Shown here: one piece after another, positions 48,134 to 55,592 of the stretch
Position numbering within the stretch: position 1 is the first letter of the stretch
Layout: each line of letters begins with the position of its first letter
Notes under the pieces: model-generated
Database searches by the model: none
The model's input: only the letters and a program-made list of their open reading frames with translations
Told to the model about the DNA's origin: nothing
Program-made: the position numbers and the translations under genes
Virus record (IMG/VR): IMGVR_UViG_3300012286_000299
Coordinates: 109,277-173,276 of that record
Source: a virus
Lineage: Duplodnaviria > Heunggongvirae > Uroviricota > Caudoviricetes
Direction: 5' to 3' (one strand)
DNA: 64,000 nt

Positions 48134-48501
48134 TTATATTATTTTTATTAGTAATAGCTTTAGTTATAGGAATTATAATAGAGTGTATAAACATGGCTGA
48201 ACATGGAACACCCGCTAAAGATTCTGACATTTTAGAGATGTTAGAGAATTGTGAATCAAGTTATGAAGTAGAAAAAAAATGGAATGACAAATTCAAACTA
48301 AAAGCATCATATAGAACATTAGCACCTACTATACATCAAACACAGTATAGTGTTATATTTCCATATTATATAAGTGATGTAGGTGTTATTCCTATCTGGT
48401 ATAAGTCAGCAGGTAGAATTAGAAAAATATTTGAGGAAAAGATCTCTGCCTCAAAATATGATGTAACAAAGAGAGATAAATTAGGTTTAAATAAAAAATA
48501 A
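48130..48501 (+). CDS. membrane-anchored protein
   Basis: N-terminal TM segment MIILFLLVIALVIGIIIECI. Confidence 0.6.
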   Translation: MIILFLLVIALVIGIIIECINMAEHGTPAKDSDILEMLENCESSYEVEKKWNDKFKLKASYRTLAPTIHQTQYSVIFPYYISDVGVIPIWYKSAGRIRKIFEEKISASKYDVTKRDKLGLNKK

Positions 48502-48504
48502 GTT

Positions 48505-48861
48505 ATGATGATATTATTAATAATATTAGGAGTTATATGGATTGCTGGTACAATAGCATCATTTAGTAGTTTTAAATACTATAAATCAACTTACCAAAAA
48601 TTAGTAAATGGTAATGTTGTGTTTAATTATAAATCAAGTGGGTTATATTGGTTTTGTGAACCTTCAAATAAAGATAAATATATAGATGATGTTGTATTTT
48701 TTACACATCTTGATGGGACTATAAGTGATATAAAAGTAGGAGATGGAGAATATATACATGGGGGTGTATTATCATATATGAGCCCTTATTCACTTTACTG
48801 GTTGTTCAAGTATAAAAATTGGTTTAAAGAAAATAAAGCTAAATTTGATTCTATAAAATAA
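48505..48861 (+). CDS. membrane-anchored protein
   Basis: N-terminal TM segment MMILLIILGVIWIAGTIASF. Confidence 0.6.
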   Translation: MMILLIILGVIWIAGTIASFSSFKYYKSTYQKLVNGNVVFNYKSSGLYWFCEPSNKDKYIDDVVFFTHLDGTISDIKVGDGEYIHGGVLSYMSPYSLYWLFKYKNWFKENKAKFDSIK

Positions 48862-48875
48862 TTTTCGTATATTTA
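48845..48875 (+). promoter_or_regulatory. promoter, TTG-N20-TATATTTA
   Basis: TTG at 48845-48847. Precedes ORF 48902. Confidence 0.65.
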
Positions 48876-48901
48876 ATTATAATTTTAAACAAATAAAGTT
48901 T

Positions 48902-49156
48902 ATGACAACGTACAAACACATTCGTACAGGTAGAGTAATTACCGAATCAGATTACAGAAGATTAAGTTCATACGAACAAAGAGACTATTCATACAATGGA
49001 AGCTCTTCATCAACATCAGACAGTTCAGGAGATTTTTTAACATCAGCAGCTATTGGTTATGCAACTGATAATGCTTTGTTAGGAGGTGCACTTGGAGGAG
49101 ATATGCTTGGAGGTATTGTAGGTGATCTTTTAGATGGTGACGGAGGATTATTCTAA
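48902..49156 (+). CDS. glycine-zipper protein
   Basis: C-terminal LLGGALGGDMLGGIVGDLLDGDGG. Confidence 0.6.
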   Translation: MTTYKHIRTGRVITESDYRRLSSYEQRDYSYNGSSSSTSDSSGDFLTSAAIGYATDNALLGGALGGDMLGGIVGDLLDGDGGLF

Positions 49157-49443
49157 TGAAAAAAGTACTATTAGCATTACTGTTAGTTATAAGTATAGCT
49201 AGCTGTAATAAGGCTGAAGAAGCAAAAGATACAGGTAATACACAACAAGAACAAGTAGCTTGGGATTTAGACACAACTACATATGATGCTGTTGACGTAG
49301 ATGAAACTTCAGAAGATGAAGTATCTAATGGTCCCACAGAATGGATTTGGGACGGTAGTCAATTCGATACATTATATGTTGGAGCTACTTTAAGAATCTC
49401 AAACATTGATGGAGATAAAGTTTATTTAGTTATGTCAAAATAA
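49156..49443 (+). CDS. lipoprotein
   Basis: Signal peptide plus lipobox LLLVISIASC. Confidence 0.65.
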   Translation: MKKVLLALLLVISIASCNKAEEAKDTGNTQQEQVAWDLDTTTYDAVDVDETSEDEVSNGPTEWIWDGSQFDTLYVGATLRISNIDGDKVYLVMSK

Positions 49444-49445
49444 AT

Positions 49446-49476
49446 TTGATTATATAAATTTTTCTTCGTATATTAA
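49446..49476 (+). promoter_or_regulatory. promoter, TTG-N20-TATATTAA
   Basis: TTG at 49446-49448. A second, perfect TAnnTTTG box (TACCTTTG, 49509-49516) lies in the long leader before ORF 49568. Confidence 0.6.
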
Positions 49477-49567
49477 ATCATTAGAAATTTAAAAATTAAG
49501 GTTGATACTACCTTTGCAAAAATAGTATTAGATAAATAAAAACAAGTTATAAATTAAAAACAAAAAA

Positions 49568-50407
49568 ATGAAGAAAATTTTAGGTATTTTAGGAGCGATT
49601 GTATTAATTTTCGCAATGTTTAGTTCATGTGATGTGGTAAATGCCGGTCACGTAGGGGTTAAGGTTGATATGTTTGGTTCCGGTAAAGGAGTACAGAATG
49701 TAACAGCATGTACAGGATGGGTATTTTACAACCCAATCACAACAAAGGTATATGAGTTCCCAACTTATATCCAGCATAAAGAGTATAAGAAAACAGAAGA
49801 TGGAGATAATTCATTTACTGTAAATACTAAAGACGGGTCTGAGTTTAGAGTGTCACCTATACTAAATTATTCAGTTAATCCTGATAAAGCACCTTCAATC
49901 TTTGCTAAATATAGACGTACATTACCTGAATTAGAGGAAGGATTTTTAAAGACTGCTATTTATGATGCATTTAGATTAGCAACAAATAAATATTCAGCTG
50001 AAGAATTAATATCTAATCGAGCTAAATTTGAAGTTGAAGTACGTAAATTATTAGAAGCACAAATTGTTAAAGAAGGATTTATTGTTAATCAATTTACATC
50101 TAATTTAGAATATCCAACATCATTTAAGAATGCTATTAATGCTAAGAATAATGCAGTACAAGCTGCTTTAACAGCTGAGAATCAAGTTAAAACAGCTGAA
50201 GCACAAGCTAAAATTAAAGTAGCACAAGCAGCTGGTAACGCTGAAGCATTACTTACAAATGCACGAGCTGAAGCTGAATCTAATAAATTAAGATTATCAA
50301 CATTGACTCCAATGCTATTACAACAACAATGGATTGAAAAGTGGGATGGTGCATTACCAACTACACAGTTAGCATCAGGTGCTAATACAATGTATGGTTT
50401 GAAGTAA
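49568..50407 (+). CDS. SPFH/Band-7 (prohibitin/stomatin-like) lipoprotein
   Basis: Lipobox AMFSSC, GHVGVKVDMFG ... SPFH-type body, and an Ala/Gln-rich coiled-coil tail. Confidence 0.8.
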   Translation: MKKILGILGAIVLIFAMFSSCDVVNAGHVGVKVDMFGSGKGVQNVTACTGWVFYNPITTKVYEFPTYIQHKEYKKTEDGDNSFTVNTKDGSEFRVSPILNYSVNPDKAPSIFAKYRRTLPELEEGFLKTAIYDAFRLATNKYSAEELISNRAKFEVEVRKLLEAQIVKEGFIVNQFTSNLEYPTSFKNAINAKNNAVQAALTAENQVKTAEAQAKIKVAQAAGNAEALLTNARAEAESNKLRLSTLTPMLLQQQWIEKWDGALPTTQLASGANTMYGLK

Positions 50408-50425
50408 TAAAAATACTCAAAGAGG

Positions 50426-50443
50426 GGCTTGTTAATACAAGCC
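50426..50443 (+). terminator. hairpin terminator
   Basis: GGCTTG TTAATA CAAGCC followed by TTTCTTT. Confidence 0.7.
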
Positions 50444-50459
50444 TTTCTTTGTATATTAA
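50429..50459 (+). promoter_or_regulatory. promoter, TTG-N20-TATATTAA
   Basis: The TTG lies in the hairpin's 5' arm. TTTGTATATT core. Precedes ORF 50474. Confidence 0.6.
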
Positions 50460-50473
50460 ATCAAATAAAATAT

Positions 50474-50656
50474 ATGCCTCAAAAATATTATCAAGTACTG
50501 TTAAAAACAGGAAAAACACACCCATCACTTTATATTAATCTTCAAACAGCAATTAAAAAAGTAGGAGTAGAAAATATAAAAGAAATCAAAGAAATTAGAG
50601 CAGAATTAGTTAATGCCAAGTACAACGAAATAGTAGGAACAATCAATATAGAATAG
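50474..50656 (+). CDS. hypothetical protein
   Basis: The track frame 50429 (TTG inside the terminator) was trimmed to the ATG at 50474 (MPQKYYQ). Confidence 0.55.
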   Translation: MPQKYYQVLLKTGKTHPSLYINLQTAIKKVGVENIKEIKEIRAELVNAKYNEIVGTINIE

Positions 50657-50657
50657 T

Positions 50658-50798
50658 ATGTCTAAAAACTCAGCAAAATCAAATTACGAACAATTAATGG
50701 CATGGTTACCAACATTGAATGCACCAAAATTAAAAGTAGAACAATCTTCTACTAAGTTTTCAAAATCTACATATTACAAAGAAAAAGGTGTAAAGTAA
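50658..50798 (+). CDS. hypothetical 46-aa protein (below cutoff)
   Basis: Translated by hand: MSKNSAKSNYEQLMAWLP... Starts 2 nt after the upstream stop. Confidence 0.4.
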   Translation: MSKNSAKSNYEQLMAWLPTLNAPKLKVEQSSTKFSKSTYYKEKGVK

Positions 50799-50910
50799 TA
50801 TAAAATATTAATATTTATAGGTATAGTGTCGGACCTATAATATAAAATATTAATTTAAAGCTTATGGTGAGTAGAGAGTCCGACCTCGAAAACCTAAGCT
50901 TTTATTTTTT

Positions 50911-51546
50911 ATGGAAACCAAGGAATGTAAAGTTTGTAAAAATGAAAAAACATTAAATAATTTTAGTAAAAATCAAAAATCTATTGATGGGTTACATTAT
51001 AAATGTAAGGAATGTGTTAAAGAATATAATAAACATCATTACCAAAATAATGAGGAATCTATTAAAAATTATCACCAAAAATGGAGAGAAGATAATTTTA
51101 GTTATTTTAAAGATTACTATCAAAATAATGAGGAATACCTTAAAGGTAAAAATAAAGATTGGAGAGAAAATAATAAGGAAATGTTTAAAAATTATCAAAA
51201 AAACTATTCTAAATATAGGTTACAAAATGATCCTGTTTTTAAATTCAAATTTAATGTTAGAAATTTAATCAAGGGGTCTTTTAAAAGAGCTTGTAATGGT
51301 TTATTTCCTAAAACAGCAAAATCTATAGATATATTAGGATGTAATTTTGAATATTTTATTCAACATATACAATCTCAATTTACAGAAGGTATGACTTTAG
51401 AAAATTATGGTAAATGGCATTTAGACCATATTATACCCATATCAAAAGCACAAACCGAGGAAGATATTATAAAATTAAATCATTATACTAATTTTCAACC
51501 CTTATGGGCTATTGATAATTTAAAAAAAGGAAATAAAATTAAATAA
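50911..51546 (+). CDS. HNH homing endonuclease (free-standing), paralogue of ORF 13540
   Basis: CKVCKNEKTLNNF...CKEC, then WHLDHIIPIS...NFQPLWAIDNLKKGNK. Preceded by a 110-nt repeat- and hairpin-rich spacer. Confidence 0.8.
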   Translation: METKECKVCKNEKTLNNFSKNQKSIDGLHYKCKECVKEYNKHHYQNNEESIKNYHQKWREDNFSYFKDYYQNNEEYLKGKNKDWRENNKEMFKNYQKNYSKYRLQNDPVFKFKFNVRNLIKGSFKRACNGLFPKTAKSIDILGCNFEYFIQHIQSQFTEGMTLENYGKWHLDHIIPISKAQTEEDIIKLNHYTNFQPLWAIDNLKKGNKIK

Positions 51547-51553
51547 ACAACTA

Positions 51554-51730
51554 ATGACTGAAAGAAAACAAATTATTCAGCAAGTAAAAGAGTTAGGTAT
51601 CAAAACTGATAAACCTGCTCATATGTGCACTACATCTTATCTTAAAGGGTTATTACCTAAAGAAGAAGTTAAACAAGAAGAAGTTAAAATTGGGTTTTTT
51701 AAGAAGGTTTTAAGAGGATTAGGCTTTTAA
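51554..51730 (+). CDS. 58-aa protein with a HeH/SAP-like N-terminus (below cutoff), paralogous to the N-terminus of ORF 59038
   Basis: IIQQVKELGIKTDKPAHMCTTSYLKGLL against IIAEVKKLGLTTEKPAHQCKTDYLQQVL. Confidence 0.55.
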   Translation: MTERKQIIQQVKELGIKTDKPAHMCTTSYLKGLLPKEEVKQEEVKIGFFKKVLRGLGF

Positions 51731-51750
51731 AGCCTTTCTTCGTATATTAA
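51720..51750 (+). promoter_or_regulatory. promoter core TTCGTATATTAA (TAG at -33)
   Basis: Core at 51739-51750. Precedes ORF 51778. Confidence 0.55.
51721..51735 (+). terminator. short hairpin
   Basis: AGGCTT TTA AAGCCT followed by TTCTT. Confidence 0.45.
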
Positions 51751-51777
51751 AGCATTATTAATTTAAAAATAAAGGTT

Positions 51778-52575
51778 ATGAGTTTAAAAGCATTATCAAA
51801 AGGGGAATTAGCAGCATTAGCTCCTCAAACATTCAATCATGAAATCGGTTCTAATTTAACTGATAAGTATGTTCATATTCCAACTGATACCATAGTTGAT
51901 GATATGGAAGCGTTAGGTTGGTTTCCGTATGATGTAAAAACAGTTAGAGCAAGAAAGAAAAATGCTCAAACTGCTAAACATTTAATTCAGTTTTTTAACC
52001 CAAATATTGTTATTAATAACGAAGAAGGTGAAGCTGATATGCACCCAACACTATTACTTATCAATTCACATGATGGCTCTACAGCGGTTAGATTTGAAAT
52101 GGGTGTGTTTAGAATGATTTGTGAAAATGGTTTAGTAATCAAATCACAGGATTTCGGTGGATTCAGAATGAGACACATGGGTTATACCTTTGAAGATTTA
52201 CGTCAGTACATTAATCAATTGGTTGAAACACTACCAACTGTAGTTGCTAACCTGAATAAGTTTTCACAAGTATTAATGACACCTGAGCAACAACACGATT
52301 TCGCTGTTAAAGCAGTTGCAGCTCGTTTTGGTGAAGATAAACAATTGTCAGATGAGGCTATTAAAGATTTATTATTAGCAGAACGTAAAGAGGATATTGG
52401 TGATAATGTTTGGGTTGTATTAAATCGTGTTCAAGAAAAATTAACAAGTGGTGGTTTTAGTTACTTGGGTGTTAAAGGTAAACCAAGAAAAGCACGAGCT
52501 GTTAAAAATTTCACACAGGATGTTGAAATGAACTCCAAATTGTGGGAATTAGCTGAAACATATTTAATTAACTAA
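51778..52575 (+). CDS. DUF932-family protein
   Basis: LLLINSHDGSTAVRFEMGVFRMICENGLV. Confidence 0.7.
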   Translation: MSLKALSKGELAALAPQTFNHEIGSNLTDKYVHIPTDTIVDDMEALGWFPYDVKTVRARKKNAQTAKHLIQFFNPNIVINNEEGEADMHPTLLLINSHDGSTAVRFEMGVFRMICENGLVIKSQDFGGFRMRHMGYTFEDLRQYINQLVETLPTVVANLNKFSQVLMTPEQQHDFAVKAVAARFGEDKQLSDEAIKDLLLAERKEDIGDNVWVVLNRVQEKLTSGGFSYLGVKGKPRKARAVKNFTQDVEMNSKLWELAETYLIN

Positions 52576-52580
52576 TAATA

Positions 52581-52602
52581 AAGGGCCTGGAATAGGGCCC
52601 TT
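52581..52602 (+). terminator. hairpin terminator
   Basis: AAGGGCC ... GGCCCTT followed by TAAATTTT. Confidence 0.65.
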
Positions 52603-52623
52603 TAAATTTTCTTCGTATATTTA
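52593..52623 (+). promoter_or_regulatory. promoter core TTCGTATATTTA (TAG at -33)
   Basis: Core at 52612-52623. Precedes denV. Confidence 0.55.
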
Positions 52624-52637
52624 ATAAAATAAAGGTT

Positions 52638-53075
52638 ATGACAAGAATTAATGCATTCATACCAGTTGAGGATTTATCAAACAAACATTTGATAGCTGAA
52701 CACAGAGAGATAAAACGTATACCTAATCACGTAGCTAAACATTTTAGTAAAATGTCTCTATCAAAAATACCTAAACAATTTACGCTTAATACTGGTCACG
52801 TTACTTTCTTCTTTGATAAAGGGCAATTTACCTATGAAAGGTATAAGCAGCTTTATGAAGAGTGTAAAAAAAGAGGGTTCAATATCACTTATTATGGACA
52901 TGCTTGGGATGTTTATAAAGATAAACCTGATGTTTGGAATAAAGATTTAAACGTAACATCACAAGAAAAAATACGCATACAAACCCTAATTAAAGATAGA
53001 ATTAGGAGTAATGAAAAAATAGCCCTTGAAAAAAAGTTAGCAAAAAAGTTAAGTAAATCTATTTTGGATTTATAA
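52638..53075 (+). CDS. denV: pyrimidine-dimer DNA glycosylase (T4 endonuclease V family)
   Basis: MTRINAFIPVEDLSNKHLIAEHREIKRIP...GHVTFFFDK...KRGFNI is near-collinear with T4 DenV ([27 protein letters not shown]...GHVTFFYDK...KRGFNI). Confidence 0.95.
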   Translation: MTRINAFIPVEDLSNKHLIAEHREIKRIPNHVAKHFSKMSLSKIPKQFTLNTGHVTFFFDKGQFTYERYKQLYEECKKRGFNITYYGHAWDVYKDKPDVWNKDLNVTSQEKIRIQTLIKDRIRSNEKIALEKKLAKKLSKSILDL

Positions 53076-53094
53076 AATAATCTTCGTATATTTA
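53064..53094 (+). promoter_or_regulatory. promoter, TTG-N20-TATATTTA
   Basis: TTG at 53064-53066. Precedes ORF 53117. Confidence 0.65.
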
Positions 53095-53116
53095 ATTATA
53101 ATTAAAAATAAAGGTT

Positions 53117-53350
53117 ATGACATCACAAATGAATGAATACCATACTACTTTAAATAAGGTAGAAGAAATTATCACAATGTTAAGAAGTTTAACTCATAAA
53201 GGTGATTGTGTTGATGGAGAGACAATGCAATACATACTTGAACAGGTAGGTATGCAAGACCAAATGTTAAGACAACTAATGATGTCTATGCCTTATGATG
53301 AGGTTGAGTACATAATGGAAGAAAGAGCAATCTTTGAAAACAATAAGTAA
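53117..53350 (+). CDS. hypothetical protein
   Basis: ORF track. Confidence 0.6.
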   Translation: MTSQMNEYHTTLNKVEEIITMLRSLTHKGDCVDGETMQYILEQVGMQDQMLRQLMMSMPYDEVEYIMEERAIFENNK

Positions 53351-53625
53351 TGATAGTAGAACTATACACAATAGCATTTCCACATAATGGGGAAATAGTG
53401 TCTGAATTACACACATTCGATTCAGAAGATGAAAGTGATTTATTTGCTGTAATAGAGTATTTGGAAGAAGATGGAATTGATAGAGATGAAATGTCTCAAG
53501 ATGAATTTGAAACTGCTTGTAGAAAATGGTTATTTGAAGATGAAGTAGCATCTTGGGGACAAGCATTTGTTAATTGCATAGTTGTAACTAAAGAACAGTT
53601 AAAAAGAATTAAAAATATACAATAA
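53350..53625 (+). CDS. hypothetical acidic protein
   Basis: ORF track; TAATG coupling. Confidence 0.6.
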   Translation: MIVELYTIAFPHNGEIVSELHTFDSEDESDLFAVIEYLEEDGIDRDEMSQDEFETACRKWLFEDEVASWGQAFVNCIVVTKEQLKRIKNIQ

Positions 53626-53628
53626 GCT

Positions 53629-53991
53629 ATGGATAATAATTGGAAACCCGGAGACATTGGTATTTGTATCAATACAGGAAAACTACCTCATCAAAAAAAT
53701 GGTACAAACTTACCACCATTAAGACTTAAGGCAGAATATCTAGTTCAAAATGTTTCAAATTGTGGATGTGGTCTAATAGTGTTAGATGTAGGTTTTGGCT
53801 TAACTGACGGCAAAGGTGTAAATTGTAGTTGTGGAGCAACTACATCACCAGCAACCGGAATTAGATGGATAGCAGCTGAAAGATTAGTTAAGAAACAAAC
53901 TAAAAGTGAAATTGAATCGCAAATTGAAGAAGCAGTTGCTAATGAAAATTATGAGTTAGCTCCGGAATTAACAAAAAAATTAGAACAATAA
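53629..53991 (+). CDS. hypothetical protein with a UVR-like C-terminal motif
   Basis: ENYELAPELTKKLEQ. Confidence 0.6.
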   Translation: MDNNWKPGDIGICINTGKLPHQKNGTNLPPLRLKAEYLVQNVSNCGCGLIVLDVGFGLTDGKGVNCSCGATTSPATGIRWIAAERLVKKQTKSEIESQIEEAVANENYELAPELTKKLEQ

Positions 53992-53997
53992 AAGGTT

Positions 53998-54396
53998 ATG
54001 AAAAGAGTAATAGTTAAGTACAAAGATAGTGAACAAACACTAATTTATCACATTGTTAGTTTTAAAAACGACAAACGTCAAATTCTAGTTGAGGATGTAA
54101 AAGAATTCTTAGCAAACCCAAGAGTAGAATCATACGAAATCATAGACATGTCAGGGCGATCATCGAATTCTGATGGTGAAGGTAAAGTATACGAATCGAA
54201 GTACGAACGGGAAAATAATAACTTACCTAAAATAATCGCTAATGAGGTAATACAAGTTGCTACATCATTAAAAGGTTGTACTAAGGAAACCATTGATAAA
54301 TGGAACCAACATCTTGATTTTGACTTACATGAAAAGTTAAATGGTGAATACGGTTTTACAGGCGCCAAAAGATTATATAATATCTTTGGATTGTAA
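53998..54396 (+). CDS. hypothetical protein
   Basis: ORF track. Confidence 0.6.
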   Translation: MKRVIVKYKDSEQTLIYHIVSFKNDKRQILVEDVKEFLANPRVESYEIIDMSGRSSNSDGEGKVYESKYERENNNLPKIIANEVIQVATSLKGCTKETIDKWNQHLDFDLHEKLNGEYGFTGAKRLYNIFGL

Positions 54397-54416
54397 AATA
54401 TAACTTCGTATATTAA
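54386..54416 (+). promoter_or_regulatory. promoter, TTG-N20-TATATTAA
   Basis: TTG at 54386-54388. Precedes the small ORF 54438. Confidence 0.65.
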
Positions 54417-54437
54417 AGCATAATTAAAATATAAATT

Positions 54438-54551
54438 ATGAAAGATTTTGCAGATTGCGGGTTTTATTTTGCAATGGGATGTTGTCTCTTTGCTTGTGGT
54501 GTAATGGTGAGTGCACTAATTTTTAGAATGTTTAAAGATTTATTTAGATAA
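54438..54551 (+). CDS. 37-aa Cys-rich membrane peptide (below cutoff)
   Basis: Promoter-driven. MKDFADCGFYFAMGCCLFACGVMVSALIFRMFKDLFR. Confidence 0.5.
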   Translation: MKDFADCGFYFAMGCCLFACGVMVSALIFRMFKDLFR

Positions 54552-54553
54552 TT

Positions 54554-54670
54554 ATGAGTTTAGTAAGTAATTGTTGTGGTGCGTATTCAGAATATGCTGA
54601 GGACATAGACATTTGTCCTGATTGTCTTGAACATTGTGAATTCGAAGATGATGAAGAAGATGAAGATTAA
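54554..54670 (+). CDS. 38-aa Cys-rich acidic peptide (below cutoff)
   Basis: MSLVSNCCGAYSEYAEDIDICPDCLEHCEFEDDEEDED. Confidence 0.45.
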   Translation: MSLVSNCCGAYSEYAEDIDICPDCLEHCEFEDDEEDED

Positions 54671-54676
54671 ATAAAT

Positions 54677-54707
54677 TTGTTTTATTAAAATTTACTTAGT
54701 ATATTAA
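54677..54707 (+). promoter_or_regulatory. promoter, TTG-N20-TATATTAA (TTAG variant)
   Basis: TTG at 54677-54679. Precedes ORF 54730. Confidence 0.6.
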
Positions 54708-54729
54708 ATCATAATTAAAATAATAAGTT

Positions 54730-54933
54730 ATGTTTAAAACGGAAAAAGCAAGAGATTTATTTAGTCAATTATTGGATGTTAATTGGAAAATTGACAATAA
54801 AGAATATCGTTCACCTGAAGAACGAATTGAATTGAATGCCCAATACCGTAAGTTATATGATGAACTTATGTTAGAGATGGGTACAGAAGAGTTCACCAAA
54901 TTCATGGAAATGGGTCACAAATTGTTTAATTAA
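54730..54933 (+). CDS. hypothetical protein
   Basis: ORF track. Confidence 0.6.
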   Translation: MFKTEKARDLFSQLLDVNWKIDNKEYRSPEERIELNAQYRKLYDELMLEMGTEEFTKFMEMGHKLFN

Positions 54934-54943
54934 AATAAAGGTT

Positions 54944-55132
54944 ATGATATTACAGGTAATTAACACCAAAAAGGAAAAACACAATCAAATTCGTACAACT
55001 AAGGAAACTTTATTTCAAGACCTTAAAACTCAAGGTTGGGCAGTCCAAGATTGTAAAGTAACAGAACTAAATGAGGCTTTAGTAAACACTGTATATCGTG
55101 GTACTGATGGTAAAAATTCATTAAAACGTTAA
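54944..55132 (+). CDS. hypothetical protein
   Basis: ORF track. Confidence 0.55.
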   Translation: MILQVINTKKEKHNQIRTTKETLFQDLKTQGWAVQDCKVTELNEALVNTVYRGTDGKNSLKR

Positions 55133-55135
55133 AAT

Positions 55136-55288
55136 ATGGTAGTATTATTAGCACAACTTGTATTAATGGGTATAAATTTATATCTAGCAAAAGTACAAAC
55201 AGAACAGGGTAGAAATCCAGCAATACAATATTTTGTTGCAGGAATGTGTTTTATGGGTGCAATTGATGCACTTATTAAATTACTTTAG
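55136..55288 (+). CDS. 50-aa membrane peptide (below cutoff)
   Basis: MVVLLAQLVLMGINLYLAK...FVAGMCFMGAIDALIKLL. Confidence 0.45.
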   Translation: MVVLLAQLVLMGINLYLAKVQTEQGRNPAIQYFVAGMCFMGAIDALIKLL

Positions 55289-55297
55289 TAAGGCAAT

Positions 55298-55366
55298 AGT
55301 CAGGTAGTGTAATGGTAGCACCCGGAGGTCACACTTCTAGAACAGGTTCGAATCCTGTCCTGACTA
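55298..55366 (+). tRNA. tRNA-like element 1 (69 nt, non-canonical; possible pseudo-tRNA, loop GUCACAC would read CAC/Val)
   Basis: Good acceptor stem AGTCAGG/CCTGACT, D arm GTGT-AATGGTA-GCAC and T arm ACAGG-TTCGAAT-CCTGT. Only 20 nt remain for position 26, the anticodon arm and the variable loop, and the best stem needs 2 G-U pairs and a C-A mismatch. No encoded CCA. Confidence 0.45.
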
Positions 55367-55367
55367 C
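55344..55367 (+). repeat. 24-nt exact direct repeat (copy 1): AGGTTCGAATCCTGTCCTGACTAC
   Basis: Identical to 55560-55583. It is the T arm plus 3' acceptor of both tRNA-like elements. Confidence 0.95.
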
Positions 55368-55482
55368 AAAGTAATGCCTGGCGAAGTTGTCAAAACCGGG
55401 ATGAAGCAGAATTGTAAATAAAACACGCGAGTGTATAATGACAGATGGGATACACAAAAGTTACAATTAGAATTACTTAAAC

Positions 55483-55582
55483 AGTCAGGTGGCACTGAAG
55501 GTAGAGTGCTCCATAAAATAAGCAATAAGTGGTAATATGGTACCAATACTTATAGCCTTAGGTTCGAATCCTGTCCTGACTA
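55483..55582 (+). tRNA. tRNA-like element 2 (100 nt) with a long internal hairpin in place of a normal anticodon/variable region
   Basis: Same acceptor stem and T loop as element 1. D arm GCAC-TGAAGGTAGA-GTGC (type-II-like). Local positions 40-74 (55522-55556) fold into a ~13-bp interrupted hairpin (ATAAGT/ACTTAT plus TGGTA/TACCA). No encoded CCA. Confidence 0.4.
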
Positions 55583-55583
55583 C
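55560..55583 (+). repeat. 24-nt exact direct repeat (copy 2)
   Basis: See 55344-55367. Confidence 0.95.
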
Positions 55584-55592
55584 TATAACAAT

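Noticed and set aside
4871-50656. N-terminal extensions given by the ORF track for ORFs 4871, 7448, 8028, 18243, 39858, 42810, 46768 and 50429.
   Set aside because: The extensions overlap the preceding gene by 50-115 nt, or start on TTG/ATT triplets that are part of a promoter -33 box or a terminator stem. An ATG directly coupled to the upstream stop is available in each case.
10281-51268. Alternative-frame + strand ORFs 10281-10472, 12578-12931, 44434-44667 and 50984-51268.
   Set aside because: They are fully nested, in another frame, inside queE, the MazG-like gene, ORF 44394 and the HNH gene 50911. Their products are low-complexity.
55298-55583. The duplicated 24-nt tRNA 3' end as attL/attR of an integrated element.
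   Set aside because: The second copy is preceded by its own 5' acceptor strand and D arm, so these are two tRNA-like units rather than one tRNA plus a target-site duplication. The 116 nt between them encode nothing integrase-like.
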